DNA of 64,000 nucleotides from Eledone cirrhosa (taxonomy: Eukaryota), in NCBI GenBank assembly GCA_964016885.1, contig OZ024740.1, forward strand, positions 169,942,001 to 170,006,000, given 5' to 3'. Below are positions 26,305 through 40,974 of this stretch, piece after piece. The notes beneath the pieces are model-generated. The model worked only from the letters and a program-made list of their open reading frames with translations. It searched no databases and was not told the origin of the DNA. Within the stretch, counting starts at the first letter, position 1; each line of letters starts with the position of its first letter. Both the position numbers and the translations under genes were made by a program.

Positions 26305-26906
26305 TATAATAAATGTTCGGTGAATCCATACGTGCATATATATATGTGTGCATGTATGTATATATATATATACATACTACTGTACGTCTGTATACATATA
26401 TGTATGTACGTATACATACTTATATTTAAGTAACGGCCGTACTAAGAATGGGAAATGAAATTTCGTTTCATTTTTTTCCGTTTATCGTTTTCGGTGCACC
26501 CGGCCGATTAACCCACTCGATATGCAAATTGGGCTACTCAGCCGTTAATATGCATAAGTTAAGTATATACGTTCAACAATCTGGCAGGAAGGTATACATT
26601 GCTGACGATAGCTAATAAGCTTGAAACTAGTACAGCGTTCCTTTGTGAGTGTTTAACAAACTAGCAATGATGGTTGCTGGACACTACGGCTTAATACGGG
26701 ATGTTTGTTTACAAACACACCGAGCATTATAATAAATGTTCGGTGAATCCATACGTACATATATATATATGTGTGCATGTATGTATATATATACACATAC
26801 TACTGTACATCTGTATACATATATGTATGTACGTGTACATACTTATATTTAAGTAACAGCAGTACTAAGAGTGGGAAATGAAATTTCGTTCCATTTTTTC
26901 CGTTTA
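26305..26906 (+). mobile_element. Family C retrozyme-like element, ~1.4-mer of a 423-nt unit
   Basis: 26305-26484 is repeated at 26728-26906, with one HHR between the repeats. The copy ends ccgttta|(TA)n. Confidence 0.85.
26597..26637 (+). ncRNA. Minimal type I hammerhead ribozyme (family C)
   Basis: cattg-CTGACGA-tagct aata agctt-GAAA-ctag-TA-cagcg. Confidence 0.85.
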
Positions 26907-26949
26907 TATATATATATATATATATATATAAATATAGATAAATATATAT

Positions 26950-26997
<48 letters not shown>

Positions 26998-27146
26998 GTA
27001 CACATACATATATGCACGCATCAGTTTAGCCGACGTTTATTATAACGCAGCTTTGTTCGCTTGTTTGTCAACAAACCGAACAGCCTGAATTTAAGTAAGT
27101 GCCATACTAAGAGTGAGAAATGAAATTTCGTTTTCATTTTTTTCAA

Positions 27147-27222
<76 letters not shown>

Positions 27223-27229
27223 AAAATAA

Positions 27230-27264
<35 letters not shown>

Positions 27265-27267
27265 AAA

Positions 27268-27339
<72 letters not shown>

Positions 27340-27570
27340 TGAGAAAAAACCACAGACCCTCCATCTCAACTCTACTTTTCAAAAGCAGGAGAACTACGAA
27401 ACCGATAAAGGAACAAAATAAATATATATATCTTTTTAAAAATAAGACTCCAGTTGCATTTTCGATTTCATCTTTTTTTCTTTATATCTTCACTCGTGTA
27501 GGACACCTCGGTTATTTTTCATTTTGTAAAAAAACCTCACTTTCTAATATAAATATATATATATATATAT

Positions 27571-28213
27571 AAGTATGTGTGTATACGTACATACATATAT
27601 GTATACAGACGTACAGTAGCATGCATATACATATATGAGGAAAAAAATATAACACCACTGACGATTTAGCAGATGTGCAACGAAAGATTTATGTAAATTA
27701 TGTAAACTATATATATGTGTTTGTGTCTATATTGTATCTGTATTATTTTTGACCGTCGGTCAGTCAATGGCAACATTGAGGACCGAGTAAGTTAGATCGC
27801 AGATATAAAAGACAGCGAGAAGCAAAAACCAACCAAACAGTGAGTGTGTTCTGTTATTAATTCTGGCAATATTACGCAAATATGACCCTCCCCAAGTATA
27901 ACAATATATATATATATATACACATATACATATACATATATACATACAGGTACACATACATATATGCACGTATCAGTTTAGCAGACGCTTATTATAACGC
28001 CGCTTTGTTCGTTTGTAAACAAACTGAACAGCCTGAACTAGTACATCGTTCCTGTGTCAGTGTTGAACAAAAAGGTGACGTGGTTGCCTTAACACCGTAC
28101 GGCATAAAAATTCAGGCTGTTCAGTTTGTTTACAAACGAACAAAGCGGCGTTATAATAAGCGTCTGCTAAACTGATACGTGCATATATGTATGTGTACCT
28201 GTATGTATATATG

Positions 28214-28256
<43 letters not shown>

Positions 28257-28367
28257 ATGCATGCTACTGTACGTCTGTATACATATATGTATGTACGTAT
28301 ACACACATACTTACATTTAAGTGCCGTACTAAGAGTGAGAAATGAAATTTCGTTTTCATTTTTTTTC

Positions 28368-28372
<5 letters not shown>
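27571..28372 (+). mobile_element. Family C2 (relative of C) with inverted 5' arm, interrupted by a PLE-2 pLTR; another fragment at 26995-27150
   Basis: The sense arm begins at aactagTAcatcgttcc (HHR remnant, ~28036). The inverted arm 27571-27637 + 27906-28037 mirrors 28111-28312. Confidence 0.75.
27638..27906 (+). mobile_element. Solo pseudo-LTR of the PLE-2 family, with hammerhead at ~27653-27695
   Basis: Homologous to 60785-61040. Contains cacca-CTGACGA-tttagcagatgtgcaac-GAAA-gatt-TA and ends 8 codons into the ORF (MTLPKYNN), then (TA)n. Confidence 0.85.
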
Positions 28373-28421
<49 letters not shown>

Positions 28422-29473
28422 TTAAATGCATAGGGAATCCTGTAGATATCACATTCGACTCAAGTGCCTTGCTCTTTCCCTCCCTTTCCTCACATTTATG
28501 CCATTTATAGTCCATTCCTTTATTTTCCTATACACCCATATCTTTACTTCTTTACCATTTTCCCTTTATTATCCCATTACATAATTTTGTTTTTAATTTT
28601 TTTAAAAATATTTTATTCTTTGTATAACTTCTGTTTGTAAAATATTGTTGGCATAATATGTTTATGTATAACAGATAACAAAATAAAATAAACGCCTATT
28701 ATTAAGAAATATATATAATATATATATTCCACTAAAACCCACATCAAAGCATCTCTTTTTGCTCTTTGATGTATGAAAACAATTTTTTGGGAAATACAAA
28801 ATGTAGTCTCGCTGACGAAAATAATACTATTTTCTATCACACCTGATCAACAAGTCTTCTAAGAAAAGAAAGAAAAAATAACATAAATGGAAGGGGAAAA
28901 GACATAAAGACGAGAGCAATAACTGTTTGACCTGGATGATTAATAGAAAGAAAACTAGCTGGTTTAGGGATATAATTTGCTTTGTTGAGTAGAGAAATTA
29001 AGCGTTGTTATGTATGCAAGCCGTTACCATTCATGACAATAAACTTAATACATATACGTATATCCGCTAACTTGTCCAAATCTATATGTCACAATAGCAT
29101 AGACCTCATGTATGGACTAATTTATATATAAGCACTTACATTCGCGTGGACAGAGATATAAACCCTCATACATAAAACACACAAACACACATACATTATC
29201 TGTCAGTTAAAGGCTGCTCAACTACACGTGGCATTGTTTTTTTATATCGTCATACCTGCTGCAGGCCTTTGGCACGTGGCAAAACGCGCTCACTGTCGTC
29301 TTAACGCGTACCTTCACGTTAACCACTGTTCATTGTTGATATACTGTCCTCTCTTTCCTTTCATATCTTTGTTGACATTCGATCTTCTTTACTTTCTTTT
29401 CTCTCTATTCGCTCACAAGGCACACGTACTATCTTTTACACACACTAACGCGGGCACCAACACACACATTCTT

Positions 29474-29560
<87 letters not shown>

Positions 29561-29706
29561 CCTTTCTCATTTCAGATTGCTACTTTCTTTCATTTCTAGT
29601 TCATTCTTCAAACTGTCTGGGTGCCAGGATGTCTGGCAGAAGCCGGTTTCCCCTCTTTCCTATTTCTCTCCCTGTATACATACACACACACACACTCACA
29701 CACACA

Positions 29707-29786
<80 letters not shown>

Positions 29787-29847
29787 ACACACACACACAC
29801 ACACACAGACACACACACACACCCCCCCACCACACGCACCCCCCCCC

Positions 29848-29919
<72 letters not shown>

Positions 29920-29922
<3 letters not shown>

Positions 29923-30122
29923 ATTTAGTATATCTAGTAACATATATATACACACAGATGCATACTTATGCTAACAAATATATAGGTTTTGTCTTAGTAA
30001 CTTTGTGGTTCAATGCATGGGGTTGCAGAACAATAATATGAGAGACGTAAAATAAGAAAATTATAAAATTAACTTACTTACTAAAATTTAGTAAGTTAAT
30101 TTTATAATTTTCTTATTTTACG

Positions 30123-30131
<9 letters not shown>
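29920..30131 (-). repeat. Family F fold-back element, second copy
   Basis: Matches 10172-10388, including the position of the fold-back. Confidence 0.8.
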
Positions 30132-30166
<35 letters not shown>

Positions 30167-30369
30167 TAATCTATATATATATGAAAGGATCGACGGACGG
30201 GGAATGGATATTCTTCTAATTTAATTCACATATAGACCTTCCTTTCTTCCACTTTCTGTAATTCCTCTCTACGTTCTTCTATCGTATCTCGTTTTTCTTT
30301 CTCACATTTTTATTCTCATTCAGTTTTATTTCCTATCACTTGTCTGTGTATCTCCTTCTTTCTAAGCCA

Positions 30370-30455
<86 letters not shown>

Positions 30456-30469
30456 CCTATCTACCTATC

Positions 30470-31036
30470 TGTCCCCCGCCGCCATCTCTTGTAATGTCCC
30501 ATGTTTGTACGCCCCTGTGACAAATAAAGAAAGATATCTATCTGTGCGTAATAGCCATGGCGAAAGAGGTTGTATGGTGGACGCGTCTGAAAGGACTGAG
30601 GTCAGGCACCTTTCTCTCTGGCCAACAACTGGTCCGTTTCTTCCGATATCATTTCGGAAGAAGGATCAGGATGGAGAGAGAGGTGCTGCACCCCAGTCGT
30701 TTTTATGAAAGGTGGGTGAAAGTGGCGAGAATGGCCCGTGTGAATGGGCCTTCTCTTTACATAAGCCTGTAGGTGGGAAAGAGGAAGGAACGAGGGAGCA
30801 CCCCCTCTCTGTGCTCCTGAGGAAAAGGGTTGCACACTTTTTTCGGGGGTGTGTGCGACCCCCCAAGGCGCCTCCTCTCTATTGAGGATTTTGTTAAAAA
30901 TTTTATTTTTTGTTATATCTTATTTTATTTTTATATTTTGTTATTGCCTCCTCCTTATTGAGGACGCCTTTTTGTGTAAACTCCCCCCTTTGTACTTGTC
31001 CCACTTTTGATGCCCTAGTGGCAAATAAAAGAAACT
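30470..31036 (+). mobile_element. Tx1/L1 3' fragments (short tail 30470-30534; ORF2 end + 3' UTR 30543-31036) embedded in (TATC)n
   Basis: MAKEVVWWTRLKGL...ERWVKVARMARVNG is homologous to 17620-17841. Both tails end aataaa(a)gaaa followed by tatctatc. Confidence 0.8.
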
Positions 31037-31478
31037 TATCTATATCTATCTGTCTGTCTGTCTGTCTGTCTATCTGTCTCTCTATGTTCTTAAATGCCCT
31101 CCATAATACCGTCTCTATTACCAGGTGGTATATACCTGTATGATCGTCAGCAGGTGACAGTAAGGGGATTTGACGTGAGACGACTGTGCTCTGCCTGTAC
31201 TATTTACCCTCCCACTTCCAGTTTAATAGTCGCTACTGCCCACAACGTCTTATTGAGCTATTAAGTTTATGTATGTGTGTGTGGGTGGGAAATAGGTGGG
31301 GCACACGCCCTAATCTGCAGATTAGAAAACGACGGCATTAAGGGGAATTTATATGATTTACCCCATATCCCTGCTGATCGACATAAACAAAGCACATACA
31401 CAATATGCGTAAATATATATATATATATGTGTGTTTATGCATGTATATATAATATATATATATACATATGTATATATA

Positions 31479-31668
31479 TAGGAAAATGTTTAATCCCGAT
31501 GGCAGAGCTCAAGCCGTTTCGACGGCTATTTCTGAACTATTTCTGGCCGTCGAAACGGCTTGTGCTCTGCCGTCGGGGTTAAACATTTTCCTATTACCCA
31601 CTCTACTACCCTAAGTATTGAGTTCTCTGGTGCGTTATGGTCCATCTGGTTCCTTACCACACTTCCTT

Positions 31669-31672
<4 letters not shown>
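31479..31672 (+). repeat. Family B half-hammerhead fold-back element
   Basis: TTTC gacggct..ggccgtc GAAA cggcttgtgctctgccg TC ggggtt plus full tail running to (TA)n. Confidence 0.8.
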
Positions 31673-31699
<27 letters not shown>

Positions 31700-31771
31700 G
31701 ATAGATATATATATATATATATATATAATTATATATATTTATATTTATATATATATTATATATATATATAA

Positions 31772-31857
<86 letters not shown>

Positions 31858-32904
31858 TGCATATACATGAATGTATCGTATGTGTACATATACATTATAT
31901 ATGCATATGTATATATAATACATATCGTTGCACGCTGTTCTGGCGTCTGAGAAGAGACGTGTCTGTTATATTCATTGAATTAATGACAATTAAACCAGAA
32001 AAAGCTCCGGCCAAGATACACACACCCTTCACATAACAGGGCACAAATGAGCCTCATTGGTAACCTACAACCCAGTACAAACTGCGACTACACTTGCTAT
32101 CTCACTAAGATTTTGTGGGGTGGGTGATTTTCGACCACAGATTTGATGTAATTTTTTGTTGCGTTAACACTGGTCTGAATATCAGGCAGACTTGGAGTCT
32201 GGTCTGGGGGTGCCATTCCAGATCACGAGCCAGCTGCTTGGGAAACATTTGTAACCTGTATTGAGCAATAAATCTCCTATGTAACACCTACACTTTCTTC
32301 TTCTTGTATACACTCTGCTCTGCATCGAGTGCTGAATTTGGTTCTCTCGCCAGTTTTCTTCGGATTTAAAGAACTTTCTGCACACACACACACACACACA
32401 CACAGACACACACACAGACACAGACACAGACGCAGACACCAACACATACACACCAACACATACACACAAAGACATACACACCAACACATACACACCAACA
32501 CACACACCAACACATACACACATACACACATACACACCACTATAAACACTACTCTTGTGACAATTATTGACACATAGTGCTGGGCCCATGGTACCATGTG
32601 ATGACAAGTGCAGATAGATCTTCAGATATAAAGCAATGCCTGTGCCGTGAAGCTTTTATAGTGAGCAAAGGCACTGCACAAAGCCAGTCCCACTCTCTTA
32701 ACCAAGATGATATTTACCAAAAAGAAGAACAAGTCAACATCATTGGATACAATCAGGGTAGCAGGTGTTATATCAGAGTTTTCCTTCTCCTAGAATTCTG
32801 CCTTGACAAACATACATACATATATAGAGAGAGACATGGGTGTGTGTCTGTATGTATCTATCTTTCTCTCCTTCTTTCTGTTTATATATATATTGATCTC
32901 ATGT

Positions 32905-33415
32905 AAACAGCTCAGAGACGTGCAACCGAACGAATACTCTCCATCGGGCATCTACCATACTCTGGACGCCTTGCTTCCCTGGGCATATATACATTAAAAC
33001 TCCGACGTCTGGCAACTGATTTGGTAGACACCTACAAGATCATTAACCATCTTTCCAACAACAACCCTGAGCACCTGTTTCAATTCGTTATGTCTAACAT
33101 CTGTGGACGCACTTACAAAATCAAAAAAACTACAGCTCCCATGACTTTCGGGAACATTTTTTCACGCCAAGAGTTGCTGAAGCATGGAACAAACTACCTG
33201 CATAAGCTTTTACCTGTCGGGACGCTGCGTCTTTCAGAACTTCTCTGCTTCCCGAAATTCGCCAACACTACATCTGCATGCATGTGTGTGTGTCTGTGTG
33301 TATATATCATGACTCATACATTTCCTGACATTTGTGCATTATTCTATGTACTATACTTGCACATTTGATGAGGTGTAATGGACCTGAGCACTGTACACAA
33401 TAATTTTCATTATTA
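32905..33415 (+). mobile_element. CR1-clade LINE 3' end
   Basis: LRRLATDLVDTYKIINHL...EHFFTPRVAEAWNKLP (across frameshifts), then a short 3' UTR ending cattattac. Confidence 0.75.
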
Positions 33416-34394
33416 CATATATATATATGTTTATAACCCTTTATCTAGAACTACTACCTCCTCAAGTCATAAATGTTATACCATTTAACTCAGTAGGACT
33501 AAGGAGTGTTTACACGAAATACGCAATTAAGAAATTTAAGATTAAATGATAAACAATGTTTCTTAAATTAAATATTAATCCGCTCCCACATATAAATGTA
33601 TATCTCATGTTATCTTGTTTGCACTTGAATCAATACAACAAGAAACATTAATCAATGCTTAAAAATCGACTGATAATATCGAATTAAAACGCAAAAAACA
33701 ACCTCAATCCAACAACTATGATACTGTCAATAACATACGTTCTATCTCCACTTATACCCTACATTTCTCTTACATGCATTTTAATATTACTGACACCCAA
33801 GAAAGAAAAAGATTATGAGAACACAGCAGTTTTTTTTCTCAGAAGATGATTAGCAAATTATCAACTCACTTTGTTGAAACACCATAGCTATGTTGTAAGA
33901 AATTCATTAAATATATTTATGATTATTATTATTATTGAGTTTTGCGAGAGGGCGGTGGATTGGCAGTATCTATAGGGGGTCGGATGCAATGCTTTCCAGT
34001 ATAGTTACGTCCCTTAACGCTCTAAGTTCAGATCCCGCCGAGCCGCTGCGAAAAAAAAAAAAAGGCCCTTCTCTACTAAAGAAAGCCATGCTCATGCAAC
34101 ATAAGTATTTAGATCAAGTAATTTCTGAGCTTGAAGGATTTTTAAGTGAAGAAAGACCTTGCACTGGAACAAACCCACTCTCTGAACAATAGTGACAGGT
34201 ATAAAAAAAAAGAACAGATCAACATTATTGGCTGTTATCGGGTCGCAGGATTTGCATCAGAGTTTTCTGAGTCCTAGAATGATGTCCTAACAATATCTAG
34301 GGGTCATAAACTTCTGGTGGGTTAACGGCGTGGTCAGGTACCAAACAGAGTATTTCTATGTCCCCGCTTATCCATACATTCTTACATTCACAAA

Positions 34395-34452
<58 letters not shown>

Positions 34453-34926
34453 ATGAGTGTGTGTACATTGTTCATTCTGAAACATTCAGTATTGTTGCAG
34501 GTTAGTAAACGTATATACATGTATATCTCTTCCCCACTCCCTATATATATATATATATATAATAGTGCGTAAGTGTGCGTATGCATCTGTATATATATAT
34601 ATACATACATACTTACATATATGTAGTGACGTCCACGTGCCCTGTCTCTGACATTGTGATTCATCTAACTATGAACAGGTGTTGTCCAGACAACGAAGAG
34701 AGCAAACAAGCTAGGGCGGAGGTGGAAGAGAGGGTGAGAAAGAAAGATTATGTGTCATATTATTGTTTTCAGCTCTAGATCAGCCTTGAGGTTGAGTAAA
34801 CCACCCGTCCAAATTATTTGTATGTTTGACCATAACATTTACTGTTGTTATGAGCTGGCCGAAATCATTTCAGTTGAATTTTGTAGAGCAAACTCTGTTC
34901 AGTAATTAATCACACGCGCGTCTCAT

Positions 34927-35262
<336 letters not shown>

Positions 35263-35327
35263 ATATATATGTGTGTGTATATATATATATGTATATGTAT
35301 GTATATATGTATGTATATATATATATA

Positions 35328-35957
35328 ACGGCGTGGTCAGGTACCAAACAGAGTATTTCTATGTCCCCGCTTATCCATACATTCTTACATTCACAAAACA
35401 CACGGTCGGGTCGTTGGCGACTAAACTGGCAACCCCACCAAGGTTTCTTGGTGAGGAGGGTGACTTTGGACATCCTGCAGGACTAAAAACAAAACCTGTC
35501 AAAGGGCAAAGGAGCTCTTAAGAGTCAATGGCCATCCAAAATCACCGGGAGAGATGACCCCTTAGCCTTTGTCAAGGCAGAATTCTAGGAGAAGGAAAAC
35601 TCTGATATAGCACCTGCAACCCTGATGGTATCCAATGATGTTGACTTGTTCTTCTTTTTGGTAAATATCATCTTGGTTAAGAGAGTGGGACTGGCTTTGT
35701 GCAGTGCCTTTGCTCACTATAAAAGCTTCACGGCACAGGCATTGCTTTATATCTGGAGATCTCTCTGCACTTGTCGTCACGTGGTACCATGGGCCCAGCA
35801 CTATGTGTCAGTAATTGTCACAAGTGTAGTGTTTGTACCAGAGTTTTCAAGTCGCTGGCTGGACTAAAAAGTCACACTCGTTCAGCGCATCGGTAGGGGT
35901 TCTCCTACATGGATATAAAGTAGTGGCCGTACTCGAAAACGAGTTGGCAGCCACCAT
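35328..35957. repeat. Family E longest copy (inverted relative to 13889-14425)
   Basis: Direct sequence match; 35328-35403 is also identical to 34324-34400. Confidence 0.85.
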
Positions 35958-35961
35958 ATAT

Positions 35962-36007
<46 letters not shown>

Positions 36008-36102
36008 GTATGTATGTATATATATATGTATATGTATGTATGTATATATATATGTATATGTATGTGTGTATATATATATATATATGTGTATATATATATA
36101 TA

Positions 36103-36153
<51 letters not shown>

Positions 36154-36176
36154 ATATGTATATATATATGTACATA

Positions 36177-36258
36177 CAGGGTGTCCCCAAATATATATAT
36201 ATACACACTTCAACAGCATTCTATTAAATATATGTATACATTTCTGTGGGACACCCTA
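36177..36258. mobile_element. Tiny Tc1/mariner-type MITE
   Basis: TA|cagggtgtccc...gggacacccta|TA. Confidence 0.6.
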
Positions 36259-36413
36259 TATCTATATAACTTCTATTCATTTGCCCTTTATCTTCGTTTG
36301 TCCCATGTGCAAATGTGTTAATATTTATTATTCTGACAACTGCTACGCGCTCACCTTTGATTTCATTTAAATATCGTTCACCTGCGCTACAACTATTGTT
36401 TTTTCTAATCCAA

Positions 36414-36501
<88 letters not shown>

Positions 36502-36911
36502 CACACTCTCTTTCTCTTTCTTTCTATTTCGGACGGAAATCCATATATTTTTTTCATTTCCAGTATTAACTATTGTACATACATCCTTTATTTAAATAGA
36601 CATACCTGCTTGTTGTTCGAATAGAAATACGCGTTTGTATTCCACTCTACTCTTTATTTTCTGTTAGATTACTTTGTTAAGTTCTCTTATATATCTCCCC
36701 GGCACCTAAGCAGACGTTTTAAGGCACTGTACAACCTGCATATAGTTATACTATCCCATCCTAGCATACGAAAATGTAATTCCAGAGATTGGTTGAGTAG
36801 GAGGTAGATGCATGTATTAGCGTTTTCCTATGTCCCATTTACTAATATACATACATACGTACATGCATACATATATACATACATATATGCATACATACGT
36901 ACATACACACA

Positions 36912-37005
<94 letters not shown>

Positions 37006-37713
37006 CGCGTGTGTGTGTGTGCGTGTGTCTGTGTATGTGTTTGGGATTTTGCTATAGTAGTTTATGTTGTGTTCTATTGTCTCTTTCCACAGTCGTTCAA
37101 CAGATGGTATTTCGAATTGTAAACATTGATGCAAATGTGGAAATGTTGATAAGATCTGAGAAAGACAGAAGAAAAGAGACGAAAATATGATTGTATTACG
37201 AGAGATCAAGTTTGGGCGTTATGAAAATAGAGTGAGAAAAGGAGAGAGCGAAGAAAATTAAGTAGAATGATAAATAGGTAAAATGATTACAAAATGTACA
37301 AACTTAAACTGGGTGACATTGAATGAGTGGCAGACGCGATAAGGGAGGAGAAATACAAATCGAGTATGTATGACCCATAACATCTGCTGGAGTCGTAAGG
37401 GCGCTGTGCTGACGTTCGGCGTTTTCCTTGAACATTTTAAAAATGATAAAACCGATACATAATCAGGTCTGAAAACTGAAGGAGAAAGTGATAGCGAGAA
37501 AAAGATATAGAGAAAGAATCGACTCATAATTCTTTAGACGTCGAAAATATGAATTGCTATGGTGACATCGGCGGTATTTGAGCTCCAAGGGCAGAGAACC
37601 GACAGAGAACCGGAACAAAATCCGCAATGCATTATAACCAACTTTCTAACGACTCTCAATTTGCCATCTTGCAATGGAAGAATGAAACCGATATAGAAAA
37701 ATAGAATATATAT

Positions 37714-37782
<69 letters not shown>

Positions 37783-37787
<5 letters not shown>

Positions 37788-38632
37788 GGAAAAATGAAAC
37801 GAAATTTCATTTCTCACTCTTAGTACGGCTGTTACTTAACTATAAGTATGTATACGTACTTACATATATGTATACAGACGTACAGTAGTATGTATATATA
37901 TATACATGCATGCACACATACATATATGTACGTATGGATTCACCGAACATTTATTATAATGCTCGGTGTGCTTGTAAACAAACATCCCGTATTAAGCCGT
38001 ACAGTGTCTAGCAACCATCGTTGCTCATTTGTTCAACACTGACAAAGGAACGCTGTACTAGTTTAAAGCTTATTAGCTATCGTCAGCAACGTATACCTTC
38101 CTGCCAGATGATTGAACGTCTGAAAGTATATACTTTCCTTATGCATATTAACGGTTGAGCAGCCTAATTTGCATATCAAGTATGTGTGCACGTATGTATA
38201 TATATATATATATATATACATACTACTGTACGTCTGTATACATATATGTATGTACGTATACATACTTATATTTAAGTAACAGCCGTACTAAGAGTGAGAA
38301 ATGAAATTTCGTTTCATTTTTTCCGTTTATCGTTTTCGGTACGCCCGCCCGATTAACTCACTCGATATGCAAATTAGGCTGCTCAGCCGTTAATATGCAT
38401 AAGGAAAGTATATACTTTCAGACGTTCAATCATCTTGCAGGAAGGTATACATTGCTGACGATAGCTAATAAGCTTGAAACTAGTACAGCGTTCCTTTGTC
38501 AGTGTTGAACAAATGAGCAACGATGGTTGCTAGACACTGTACGGCTTAATACGGGATGTTTGTTTACAAGCACACCGAGCATTATAATAAATGTTCGGTG
38601 ATTCCATACGTACATATATGTATGTGTGCATG

Positions 38633-38640
<8 letters not shown>
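37783..38640. mobile_element. Family C: minus-strand ~0.9-mer (37783-38180) joined head-to-head to a plus-strand full 440-nt monomer (38181-38640)
   Basis: The plus copy starts and ends on tatgtgtgca[ct]gtatgtata. HHRs at 38051-38091 (minus, GAAA changed to TAAA) and 38450-38490 (plus). Confidence 0.85.
38450..38490 (+). ncRNA. Minimal type I hammerhead ribozyme (family C)
   Basis: cattg-CTGACGA-tagctaataagctt-GAAA-ctag-TA-cagcg, identical to 26597-26637. Confidence 0.85.
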
Positions 38641-38677
<37 letters not shown>

Positions 38678-38680
<3 letters not shown>

Positions 38681-38833
38681 ACTTAGGGTAGTAGAGTGGT
38701 TAATAAGGAAATGTTTAAGACCCCGACGGCAGAGGTCAAGCCGTTTCGACGGCTATTTCTGGACTCGAAATGTCCAGAAATAGCCATCTGAACGGCTTGA
38801 GCTCTGCCGTCGGGGTCTTGAACATTTTCTCAT
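38678..38833 (-). repeat. Family B half-hammerhead fold-back element
   Basis: TTTC gacggctatttctggac-tcgaaat-gtccagaaatagccatc tGAA cggcttgagctctgccg TC ggggtc. Confidence 0.8.
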
Positions 38834-39321
38834 ATATATATATATGTATATATATATATAGATATATGATGGCTGCCCCCTCGTTATCGAGTATGGCTAT
38901 TTCATGATATAACATTAATAATAATTATTAATTAATTCTTTCGTGCAATGCCTGTGCGTGAAGATATTTTTTAAAGTGAGGCAAGACTATGCACTGAGCC
39001 AATCCCACTCTCTGAGCAACAGTAGCTATAACCCGAAAAGAAGAAAAGTTCAACATCATCGGTAACTACTGAGCCGCAGGTTTTATATAGGAGTCATCCC
39101 AGTTTCCTGAGTTGCCTTCTCCTAGAAGAATGCCCTGACAAAGGCTAGGGGTCGTTCACTCCCAGTGGTTTAACCATGCGGTACATGTGTATATACATAT
39201 TTACACACACATATATATAAATAAATAGACATATAAAGAGAGAGAAAAAGAATGAGTGTGTGCGTGTGTCTGTAAGAAGGAGAGTTGGCCGCACAAATAG
39301 AGAACAATAAAGAAGGTTCGA

Positions 39322-39378
<57 letters not shown>

Positions 39379-39472
39379 CATACATATATGCAGAGGTTAT
39401 ATTTTGCAAGATACGGAAAAACCACTATTTTTTCCGGGTATGTCAGTACTTATTTATAAAACAAATCTGTAG

Positions 39473-39533
39473 TTTATCTGATGAAAGCGCACCATAATTT
39501 GCCTTGGTTGCCCTTGAAGTATATATAATAAAA
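39473..39533 (+). ncRNA. Degenerate type I hammerhead
   Basis: tttat-CTGATGA-aagcgcacc..ggttgccctt-GAAG-tatata-TA-ataaa. Confidence 0.6.
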
Positions 39534-39894
39534 TAATTATGGTTTTATAAATATAGTTTCCATTTATTAATATATTATATATATATATATTTATTTACGT
39601 ATAGCACGGAGCATATGTGCATAAACACTCACGCACCGTACTGCGCCGATATATATATAGAGAGAGAGACAAAGAAAGAGATGTTTCCAGGAAGTGAAAC
39701 ATGAATCTAGATGGGAAATCGCAAAAAAAAAAGAAACATTATTGAAAGAGAACAACTGTGGTATATTATATTTTGTTATAGAGCTGAGGTGTTTCTCTGT
39801 TTCCCATGACAACATCTGTGACAAACAAAGGTAAAGTGTGGCAAAACCAAACTATAGATTTAAGTAACCACACTACTGTTGCGGCTACTGCTGT

Positions 39895-39926
<32 letters not shown>

Positions 39927-40078
39927 CTACTACTACTACTACTACAGAACAGATGTTTCACACATGAAATTCTCGGGTAATAGAAATATAATAAAAAGAA
40001 ATAATACACCCGATATAAGTGGGACTGGATTGATTCAAAAGTGTGTCGTCATTCGGGCCGATTTATTGTGACAAAAAC

Positions 40079-40124
<46 letters not shown>

Positions 40125-40126
<2 letters not shown>

Positions 40127-40675
40127 AAAAAATGAAACGAAATTTCATTTCTCACTCTTAGTGCAGCTGTTACTTAAATATAAGTATGTATACGTACATA
40201 CATATATGTATACAGGCATACAGTAGTATGTATATACATACATGCACACATATATGTACGTATATATGTACTAAGAGTGAGAAATGAAATTTCGTTTCAT
40301 TTTTTCCATTTATCGTTTTCGGTGCGCCCGCCCGATTAACTCACTCGATATGCAAATTATACTGCTCAGCTGTTAATATGCATAAGGAAAGTATATACTT
40401 TCAGACGTTCAATCATCTGGCAGGAAGGTATACGGTGCTGACAATAGCTAATAAGCTTGAAACTAATACATCGTTCCTTTGTCAGTGTTGAACAAAAGGG
40501 CAACGATGGTTGCTAAACGGCTTAATTCGGGATGTTTGTTTACAAACAAACCAAGCATTATAATAAATGTTCGGTAAATCCATACGTACATATATATATG
40601 TGTGCATGTATGAATATATATACATACTACTGTACGTCTGTATACATATATGTATGTACGTATACATACTTATAT
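40125..40675. mobile_element. Family C: inverted 3' arm (40125-40262) + ~0.95-mer (40268-40675) in a third register
   Basis: HHR at 40433-40473: cggtg-CTGACAA-...-GAAA-ctaa-TA-catcg, with compensatory stem I changes. Confidence 0.8.
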
Positions 40676-40875
40676 ATATATATATATACATAAATATACA
40701 CGGGTGTGTATGATTGTGTATATAAGATTATATTAATAAAAGGAATTTCAACTTTATCTGATTTACTCGATTTATTTACAATCCTTTAACATTATAATGA
40801 TATTATAATGATATATTATGGTAGAATATTAAATGTTAAATGTTAATTGAACAAGTACTTCATACTATTCGCAAT

Positions 40876-40970
<95 letters not shown>

Positions 40971-40974
<4 letters not shown>

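Noticed and set aside
29225-29280. Two CACGTG E-boxes
   Set aside because: No gene context, and compatible with chance.
32100-32370. Possible RTE C-terminal fragment (FPKQL)
   Set aside because: Too decayed to support a call.
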